Source: an uncultured Gammaproteobacteria bacterium (GTDB lineage: Bacteria > Patescibacteriota > Patescibacteriia > SBBC01 > CAIJZX01). From it: a DNA stretch of 64,000 nucleotides. Both the position numbers and the translations under genes were made by a program. Below, piece by piece: positions 57,280 through 64,000 of the stretch. The notes beneath the pieces are model-generated. The model saw nothing but the letters and a program-made list of their open reading frames with translations, did no database searches and had not been told where the DNA came from. The stretch covers positions 124,375-188,374 of the forward strand of contig CAYGGC010000001.1 in assembly GCA_964349465.1 (NCBI GenBank), given 5' to 3'. The stretch's first letter is position 1, and the number at the start of each line of letters is the position of its first letter.

Positions 57280-60200
57280 TTACTCCAGTATACACTGTCC
57301 GAGGAGTTGTTCGAGAGCTAGGCGTAGTTCCGGCGTCAGGGTGATCCGGTGTTGGGTTGGGACGAGCTTTTCCGCCGCTCCTTTCCTGACTACTAATTCG
57401 ACCGCTTGCTCCCCAGGTGAGGCGATCAACAGCGCTTTCAGTTCATCAAAGGTAGACGGTGTTATCGTGTCCATCTGAACGACAATCTGGACCGGACCGT
57501 TGGCTTCATCCGGGCCGAGGGTTGATAGGTCAATCACTTTAACGCGATCGGCTAGAATTTTCCATTCACCATCCTTGTGTGATGTTTGACCCTCAACCAG
57601 TACCACCGAATTTTCGTTCCAAAGGTGCGCACTTTCGGTAAAGAGTCGAGGGAAGACAACAATCTCAATCCCACCACTTAAGTCTTCGATGCGAACGAAA
57701 GCCATCGCCGCATTTGTTTTGGTTGTAATCCGTTTCATCTTCGTGATTAATCCGCCGACGCGAACTTTTTGTTTTGAACGCTCGCCTAAACCACTAATCG
57801 GTTGAGCGATCGACGCAAGGTGGCGTCGATAGGGCGTCAGCGGGTGATCGGTGATATAGAGGCCAAGGAGCTCCCGTTCCCAGGTCCCGCGTTGACCGGA
57901 CGAGGCGGCTTCAGCCGCGCGGAGGCGAAGTTTCGGGGCATGGGTCGTTGGGAGTTGGGCAAATAAATTCGTTTGTCCGTTACTGGCCTCTTCGTCAGCT
58001 CCCTTCGCGAATCGTAGTAATTCATTCGTGTTCGCCAACAATTGTTGCCGCTCACCGAAGGCGTCGAGCGCGCCGACTTTTGCTAAGCTTTCGAGTGATT
58101 TTTTATTGAGGTCCTTGTGTTGCACGCGACTGAGAAAATCTTCGAGATTGACGAATGGTCCGTTAGTTTTTCGCTCAGCGATGGTGGCGTGCACTAAATT
58201 TTCCCCGACGTTTTTGATCGCGCTGAGACCGAATCGGATTCTTGTCCCTTGACCAGTTTCATCATTGACGACTGTAAAACTCGCGAAGCTTTCATTGATA
58301 TCAGGCGGAAGTACGGTCAGATTCATTTTTCGGGCTTCTTCGATTTCCAGGGCGATGCGGTCCGCATTGTGCTGATCGGATGTGAGGAGCGCGGCCATAA
58401 ATTCGGCCGGGTAATTCGCCTTGAAGAAGGCGGTTTGATAGGCGATGACCGCGTAACAGGCGGCGTGTGATCGGTTGAACCCGTAGCGTGCGAATGGTTC
58501 GATGAAGTCGAAGATTTTTTCAGCGACGGATTTTGTGGTGCCACCCTTGACCGCGCCGGCGACGAAACGATCGCGCTGTTCTTTCAGGAGTTTGGCAATT
58601 TTTTTTCCGACCGCTTTTCGTAGAACGTCGGCTTCGCCCAACGTAAACCCGGCAATGTCGCGGGCCATTTGCATGACTTGCTCTTGATAGACCGCGACGC
58701 CGTAGGTTTTATTTAAAATTGGCTCGAGACGAGGATCGAGATATTCGGGTTTATATTTCCCGCGTTTGCCGGCGATGAATTGCGGAATGAGTTCCATCGG
58801 GCCTGGACGGTAGAGGGCGACCATGGCGATAATGTCTTCCAGGCTGGTTGGTTTCAGTTCCCGTAAATAGCGGCGCATGCCGCCTGATTCAAGCTGGAAG
58901 ACGCCGACCGTATCGCCGCGCTGGAGGAGTTTAAAGGCTGGCTTGTTATCGAACGGAATATGGTCAAGATCAATCGTTTCGCCTCTGGTCTGGCGGATAA
59001 TAGTGATACAATTTTCCAAAATGGTCAGGTTTGATAAACCAAGAAAGTCCATTTTCAATAAGCCCAGGTCTTCAACCGGATGGAGTGAGTACTGGGAAAT
59101 GATTGAGTCGTCATCCGGTCCGGCGTATTGGAGCGGGACGTGTTGTTCAAGCGGTTCTTTCGTGATGACAACGCCGCAGGCATGGCGAGAGGAGTGACGC
59201 GCGACGCCTTCGAGTTTACGGGCGCTATCGAGTAATCGTTTTGCCTCCGGGTCGTTTTCGTAAATATCTTTTAACTCCGGGACCGTCGCAATCGCTTGAT
59301 CGAGGGTCGTAAACATCGGAATGAGTTTTGCGACTTTGTCGCAATACGCATACGAAACCCCTAACACGCGACCAACGTCGCGGATAGCCGCCCGGGCCGC
59401 CATCGTTCCAAAGGTAATGATTTGCGCGACATGATCTTTGCCGTATTTCGATTCAACATATCGGAGCACTTCGTCTCGACGCGTATCCGCGAAGTCGATA
59501 TCGATATCGGGCATGGCGATCCGTTCGGGATTCAAAAAACGTTCAAACAGTAGATCGTATTTGATCGGATCGACGTTCGTGATATTGAGGAGATACGAGA
59601 CAATCGAGCCAGCGGCTGAACCACGTCCCGGACCGACGACAATCTGTTGCGCTTTTGCCCAGTTCACGAAGTCTTGAACGATTAAAAAATACGCCGCAAA
59701 GCCAGTTTTTTCGATAACCGCCAATTCGTATTCGAGACGTTCACGGATGACCGGGGTTTCTTGGCCGTAGCGCCCGGGAATACCTTCTTCTGCTAAGTGA
59801 CGTAAAAACTGCTCGGTGGTTTGTCCAGCTGGAACATCGTAGTGGGGGAGTTGAACCTGGCCGAGCTGAATCGTGACGTTGCACCGTTCGGCGATCGACA
59901 TCGTTTGCTCAATCGCACCAGCGTCGTCGGGGAAGAGTTGTCGCATCTGCTCCTCGGTTTTGAGCGACAAATCTTCGGAGCGCATTGACATCCGCTCGGT
60001 ATCATCGAGCTGCTTTTTCATGTGAATACACAGCAGAATGTCTTGTGCTTCAGCATCGTCGGGTTGCAGATAATGACTATCGGCGGTGACAACAAGCGGC
60101 GCACCGGTGGTCGTCGAAAGTTTGCGTAAGGCGGTGTTGACGGTCTGCTGGTCCGGCAAGCTCGGGTGATCTTGCATTTCCAAAAAGAAATTGTTGACGC

Positions 60201-60702
60201 CGAAAATCTCTTGATATTTTTTTATCACCTCGGCGCCCTTCTTTTCTCCGTCGGCGACGATGGCGGTAGCTACCTCACCCTTCAGACAGGCGCTCAAGGC
60301 AATTAAACCCTCGGCGTGTTGCCGGAGGAGTTCGTGATCGACGCGGGGGCGGTAATAATACCCATCAAGATGGGCTTTCGTGACTAACTTGATCAGGTTT
60401 TTATAGCCAATGTCGTTCTCGGCGAGCAAAATCAAGTGATAGTTTTTTTCATCGATTTTTGCTCGTTTTTCCGTGTGCCCATACGGCGCGACATAGGTTT
60501 CGACCCCAATGATCGGTTTAATTCCGGCAGCCGTGCATTTTTGGTAAAACTCAATAATTCCATAGAGTGAACCATGGTCGGTTAAGGCCAGCGACGTCGC
60601 GCCTTGGTCTTTCGCCGTCTGCACTAACTCATCGATCTTGGGGAGACCGTCGAGGAGGGAATAGTGACTATGGGTATGAAGATTGACGAAGCGGTTAGGC
60701 AT
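57280..60702 (-). CDS. dnaE: DNA polymerase III alpha subunit.
   Basis: PHP domain (NLHTHSHYSLLDG), polymerase core, OB fold. 1140 aa. Confidence 0.95.
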   Translation of the reverse strand: MPNRFVNLHTHSHYSLLDGLPKIDELVQTAKDQGATSLALTDHGSLYGIIEFYQKCTAAGIKPIIGVETYVAPYGHTEKRAKIDEKNYHLILLAENDIGYKNLIKLVTKAHLDGYYYRPRVDHELLRQHAEGLIALSACLKGEVATAIVADGEKKGAEVIKKYQEIFGVNNFFLEMQDHPSLPDQQTVNTALRKLSTTTGAPLVVTADSHYLQPDDAEAQDILLCIHMKKQLDDTERMSMRSEDLSLKTEEQMRQLFPDDAGAIEQTMSIAERCNVTIQLGQVQLPHYDVPAGQTTEQFLRHLAEEGIPGRYGQETPVIRERLEYELAVIEKTGFAAYFLIVQDFVNWAKAQQIVVGPGRGSAAGSIVSYLLNITNVDPIKYDLLFERFLNPERIAMPDIDIDFADTRRDEVLRYVESKYGKDHVAQIITFGTMAARAAIRDVGRVLGVSYAYCDKVAKLIPMFTTLDQAIATVPELKDIYENDPEAKRLLDSARKLEGVARHSSRHACGVVITKEPLEQHVPLQYAGPDDDSIISQYSLHPVEDLGLLKMDFLGLSNLTILENCITIIRQTRGETIDLDHIPFDNKPAFKLLQRGDTVGVFQLESGGMRRYLRELKPTSLEDIIAMVALYRPGPMELIPQFIAGKRGKYKPEYLDPRLEPILNKTYGVAVYQEQVMQMARDIAGFTLGEADVLRKAVGKKIAKLLKEQRDRFVAGAVKGGTTKSVAEKIFDFIEPFARYGFNRSHAACYAVIAYQTAFFKANYPAEFMAALLTSDQHNADRIALEIEEARKMNLTVLPPDINESFASFTVVNDETGQGTRIRFGLSAIKNVGENLVHATIAERKTNGPFVNLEDFLSRVQHKDLNKKSLESLAKVGALDAFGERQQLLANTNELLRFAKGADEEASNGQTNLFAQLPTTHAPKLRLRAAEAASSGQRGTWERELLGLYITDHPLTPYRRHLASIAQPISGLGERSKQKVRVGGLITKMKRITTKTNAAMAFVRIEDLSGGIEIVVFPRLFTESAHLWNENSVVLVEGQTSHKDGEWKILADRVKVIDLSTLGPDEANGPVQIVVQMDTITPSTFDELKALLIASPGEQAVELVVRKGAAEKLVPTQHRITLTPELRLALEQLLGQCILE

Positions 60703-60762
60703 ACGAGAGGATCCACCGTCGCACCAGATGCGACGGCAGCAGCGTCATCGTTCCACCGGGAT

Positions 60763-61071
60763 TTAAAAATCGTCCGTGGAATCGGATGCTCGCGCGCTGG
60801 GGCGGCGCTTGGCGCGCCGGCTAACAAAAAACCCAATTAACTCTTTCAAGCCGCCGGCCAAGGCGGTGAGTTGGAGATGGGTCGAGGAAATTTTATCTTG
60901 GATAGTTCGGAGGATCTCATCAATCATTCCAAGGCGATGCCGGAAGTCTTCAACGAGGCCGTTGAACGAACGGAAGAGCTTCAGGAATGACATAAACGTC
61001 CAGACCATCGTAACGGTGAACGCGGCGGCGGCCACGGCCAAGCTATAGAAGAGGACATCGCGGGAAATCAT
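60763..61071 (-). CDS. DUF948-like small membrane/coiled-coil protein.
   Basis: N-terminal TM plus an amphipathic helix. Confidence 0.45.
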   Translation of the reverse strand: MISRDVLFYSLAVAAAAFTVTMVWTFMSFLKLFRSFNGLVEDFRHRLGMIDEILRTIQDKISSTHLQLTALAGGLKELIGFFVSRRAKRRPSARASDSTDDF

Positions 61072-61146
61072 GTTTGGAGTATATCACACTCTCTTTTGCT
61101 CGTCATGGCGGTTGCCACCTCGGCCTGATTTTGGTAGGCTCACCAC

Positions 61147-61983
61147 GTGGCAAAACCTCGCGGCGACCTACAATTAGCGATTGGCTATTGGATTGTCAGT
61201 CATAAAGATCAGCTCCGGACCTGGTGGGCGGTGTCGTTATTGGCCGTGATTGGCGGGAGCTTACTCTGGGCGATTGCCTTTTTTTCCGTTTTCTTTATTC
61301 AACAAGCGAGTTTAGAAAAAGCCATTGCCGCCAGCGGCGCCAAGCTTTCATCGTACCGACAGTCGGCCGCGCTCGCGCCGACGGATATTCAGATCTCAGC
61401 CGTGACCGTCTTGCGACGTGATGCGACCCATGTTGACGTGGTAGTGATCGCTTCGAATCCAAATACCGCGTGGGGCATCAAATCGGCCGAGGTTGAATGG
61501 CGAGTTGCGGGTCTGACGCTACCAAGTCAAACTGTTTTCCTCAACCCTTCGAGCACGCGCCCGATCATGGCCTTAAATGTGGAAGTGGATGATGCAAGCA
61601 CCGTCCAAGCGACGGCTGAAATACGCGCTGTTGTGTGGGCTCGAGCCTCGGCCGCGCCGCTTCCGGATCCGCAATTTATCACCTCAGAGTTGGCACTTTC
61701 TTCTCGGACTGTGCTAGGCGCGGATGGTAATAGTTTCTTTACCGTGAATGTCCGCGGCGACATTCGTAACCAATCAGTCTACAATTTTTTCCGCGTGGTG
61801 GTTCCGTTGGTGGTGAAGTCGGGTGAAGCCATCGTCGCGGTTGATCAAATCACCCAAACAAATTGGCCGACCTTGTCCTCGAAGTCGTTGAACACGACCT
61901 GGGCATATCCGGTCAGTGGCGCGACATCGGTTGAAGCCTGGCCGCAAGTAAGCCGCTTTGACGCGGCTAATCTGTATCGCTAA
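61147..61983 (+). CDS. Hypothetical N-terminally anchored protein.
   Basis: TM segment at aa 25-50, then a beta-rich domain. Confidence 0.5.
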   Translation: MAKPRGDLQLAIGYWIVSHKDQLRTWWAVSLLAVIGGSLLWAIAFFSVFFIQQASLEKAIAASGAKLSSYRQSAALAPTDIQISAVTVLRRDATHVDVVVIASNPNTAWGIKSAEVEWRVAGLTLPSQTVFLNPSSTRPIMALNVEVDDASTVQATAEIRAVVWARASAAPLPDPQFITSELALSSRTVLGADGNSFFTVNVRGDIRNQSVYNFFRVVVPLVVKSGEAIVAVDQITQTNWPTLSSKSLNTTWAYPVSGATSVEAWPQVSRFDAANLYR

Positions 61984-61985
61984 GC

Positions 61986-63095
61986 ATGGCGCGACTCGGG
62001 ACCAGACAACTGATCCGCGGTGTTGATATCGGATTACTAACGATTACGATCCTGCTGGTTTTATTTGGTTTGGCGGCGCTGTACAGCTTTTCCTTAACCG
62101 GGGCGGGGGACCGTTCACTGCTGTACCGCCAAGCCTTCATCGCCGCGCTGGGGTTTGCCGGAGTTTTTGTCTTCATGCGACTCGACTACCGCGGCCTCGT
62201 GGCGATGCACTGGGTGCTCTATGCGGTGAGTCTCGCGCTCCTGGGAGCGGTGCTGGTTTTTGGCCAAACCGTTCGTGGGACAACTGGTTGGTTTAGCTTT
62301 GGATTTTTTCAGGTCCAGCCGGTTGAGCTCGTTAAAGTCTTAATGGCGTTAGTCTTGGCAAAATTTTTAACCGATCGGGCTGATCGGATTGGGGAGTGGC
62401 GGACAATTATATTGAGTGGCGTGCTGATGGCCGGTCCGGTTGGGCTGGTGATGCTCCAGCCTGACCTCGGGTCAGCCATTGTCCTGATTGGGATGTGGTT
62501 TGGGGTGATGGTGGCGTTGCCGATTCCCCGAAGAAAAATTGGGTTGCTGATGGCGGCGATGGCGATGGCAGCCGTGATCGCCTGGAGTTTTTTTCTCCAG
62601 CCATACCAACACGATCGCATTCTGGATTTTTTATCACCATCGCGCGATCCGCTGGGAACTGGTTATAATGTCCGCCAAGCGGTTACGGCGATCGGGTCTG
62701 GTGGTTGGTTTGGTCGGGGACTCGGCCTTGGCCCTCAGTCCCAGCTGAACTTCCTGCCAGAACGGCAAACTGACTTTATTTTTGCCACCGTTGGCGAAGA
62801 GCTGGGCTTTGTCGGGGCGGCCAGCTTATTAATCCTGTTCGGACTCTTTTTTTGGCGGATTGGGCGGCTCGCCAGCCACGGGCGTGACATGATTGGCCTC
62901 ATTATTGCGGTCGCGTTGACCTCGATGTTTTTCTTACACGTCCTGATCAATATCGGAATGAATCTAGGTATTTTTCCGGTCACTGGGCTCCCTTTGCCCT
63001 TCTTGAGCTATGGTGGTAGCTCGCTGGCGGCCTGCCTCTTGGCCGTTGGCTTATTGGAAAGTATCATCATCCGACAACGGACCACCCCGCTCTAG
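61986..63095 (+). CDS. SEDS family peptidoglycan glycosyltransferase (FtsW/RodA).
   Basis: Ten-TM profile with conserved loops (GWFSFGFFQVQPVELVK and PDLGSAIVL). Confidence 0.85.
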   Translation: MARLGTRQLIRGVDIGLLTITILLVLFGLAALYSFSLTGAGDRSLLYRQAFIAALGFAGVFVFMRLDYRGLVAMHWVLYAVSLALLGAVLVFGQTVRGTTGWFSFGFFQVQPVELVKVLMALVLAKFLTDRADRIGEWRTIILSGVLMAGPVGLVMLQPDLGSAIVLIGMWFGVMVALPIPRRKIGLLMAAMAMAAVIAWSFFLQPYQHDRILDFLSPSRDPLGTGYNVRQAVTAIGSGGWFGRGLGLGPQSQLNFLPERQTDFIFATVGEELGFVGAASLLILFGLFFWRIGRLASHGRDMIGLIIAVALTSMFFLHVLINIGMNLGIFPVTGLPLPFLSYGGSSLAACLLAVGLLESIIIRQRTTPL

Positions 63096-63152
63096 AGTTC
63101 GGAGTTGACGGCCTTGACGAAGTTTGGTAGAGTGCAGGGCGTCTAGCGCTCT

Positions 63153-63509
63153 ATGTTTGCTACCCCACAACACCAGCCTGGCTCGGGAAAGGACTTACAG
63201 ATCCTGAGTACCTGTCCGTTGTGTCACGCCCAATATAACCCGATCAAAACGCAGATTGTCGCTGAACGGGATGACGCCCATCTCCTGTACTTGGAGTGCC
63301 GCCAATGCGGCAGCGCGGTGGTCGCCGTGGTGACCAACAGCGCCCAGGGCCTGACCTCGGTTGGCACGGTCACTGATCTGACCAGTCGGGAAGTGACCAT
63401 GTTGCCAGCGAAAGGGGCGGTTACTCACGATGACGTGATTGCCTTCTATGCCTGGTTAGCTCGGGATACCGGCGTACCACAGACGCTAACGAATTTCATT
63501 TCTCGTTGA
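63153..63509 (+). CDS. Hypothetical zinc-ribbon protein.
   Basis: CPLCHAQY...CRQCGSA paired CxxC. Confidence 0.45.
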   Translation: MFATPQHQPGSGKDLQILSTCPLCHAQYNPIKTQIVAERDDAHLLYLECRQCGSAVVAVVTNSAQGLTSVGTVTDLTSREVTMLPAKGAVTHDDVIAFYAWLARDTGVPQTLTNFISR

Positions 63510-63524
63510 ACAAGGACGAATTGT

Positions 63525-64000
63525 ATGGACATCATTGTATTGAAGGCTGACCGCCGAACGGTCGAAGGAAAAGCGACGAAGAAGCTGCGTCAAGCGAATA
63601 CCATTCCGGCCGTCATCTATGGCCACGACGTCAAGAGTCAAATGTTGGCGGTTGATGCGATTGCGTTTCAAAAAGCCTATCGCGTGGCCGGTTCTTCCAG
63701 TTTGGTTGATTTGGTGATTGACGAGGCAGCCCCAACGAAAGTCCTGATTCACGCCGTTCAACAGCACCCGACGAAAACGACGCCAATCCATATTGATTTC
63801 TACCAAGTGACGATGACCGAGAAGTTGCAAACCGACATCGAATTGCACTTCATCGGCGACTCCGCGGCGGTGAAAGAATCTGGTGGGATCCTGATCCGGA
63901 CCATCGATAAGATCAAGGTTGAGTGTTTACCTGGCGACTTAGTCCCATCGATTGATGTCGACCTGTCAGCCCTGAAAACCTTTGAAGATCGCATTCATGT
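63525..64000 (+). CDS. rplY: 50S ribosomal protein L25/general stress protein Ctc, 3'-partial at the window end.
   Basis: MDIIVLKADRRTVEGKATKKLRQANTIPAVIYG. The ORF is open to the window end. Confidence 0.8.
   Translation, partial: MDIIVLKADRRTVEGKATKKLRQANTIPAVIYGHDVKSQMLAVDAIAFQKAYRVAGSSSLVDLVIDEAAPTKVLIHAVQQHPTKTTPIHIDFYQVTMTEKLQTDIELHFIGDSAAVKESGGILIRTIDKIKVECLPGDLVPSIDVDLSALKTFEDRIH

Overview
The window is a gene-dense bacterial chromosomal segment of about 55% GC with mostly housekeeping content. Short intergenic spacers, 4-nt stop/start overlaps, many small membrane proteins of unknown function, trimmed aminoacyl-tRNA synthetases and a short ATP-synthase delta subunit suggest a reduced-genome lineage, possibly Candidate Phyla Radiation/Patescibacteria (inference only).

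Recognisable genes, in order:
- a ClpC/ClpB-like AAA+ chaperone whose reading frame is open to base 1
- glyQS, a DUF2207 membrane protein, two tandem GT-C (ArnT/PMT-like) glycosyltransferase paralogs, an M16 peptidase, an AI-2E transporter, rsmI, metG, cvpA, tatD and an SPFH protein
- an isolated minus-strand 329-aa hypothetical, then rmuC followed by an AT-rich PIN-domain cassette
- an F1Fo ATP synthase operon (atpZ, GIY-YIG, atpB, atpE, atpF, HD-domain gene, atpH, atpA, atpG, atpD, atpC)
- a higher-GC block with two beta-carbonic-anhydrase-like paralogs, a FabH-like KAS III and a UvrD-family helicase fused to a Cas4-like Fe-S nuclease
- a minus-strand RNA locus with two promoters, tRNA-like genes and a terminator, lying just downstream of an RsbW-like GHKL kinase
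- pheS, pheT, gyrB, secE, nusG, rplK, rplA
- a high-GC tdk, tmk, thyX block
- gatB, miaA, a CarH/LitR-like regulator, a fasciclin gene, thrS, dnaE, ftsW/rodA and the start of rplY

No CRISPR array, rRNA, integrase or transposase was seen.

Most noteworthy observations:
- the non-canonical tRNA-like RNA cluster at 34.2-34.65 kb
- the AT-rich PIN cassette after rmuC
- the extra genes and truncated delta subunit in the ATP synthase operon
- the recurring TTGNNN-17-TAGNNT promoter architecture, with three apparently leaderless genes
- the beta-CA-like/FabH-like island
- a gene-conversion tract between the tandem glycosyltransferases
- the 5'-AT-rich mosaic glyS
- the thymidylate-synthesis island

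All calls are from reading the sequence and ORF translations. No searches were run.
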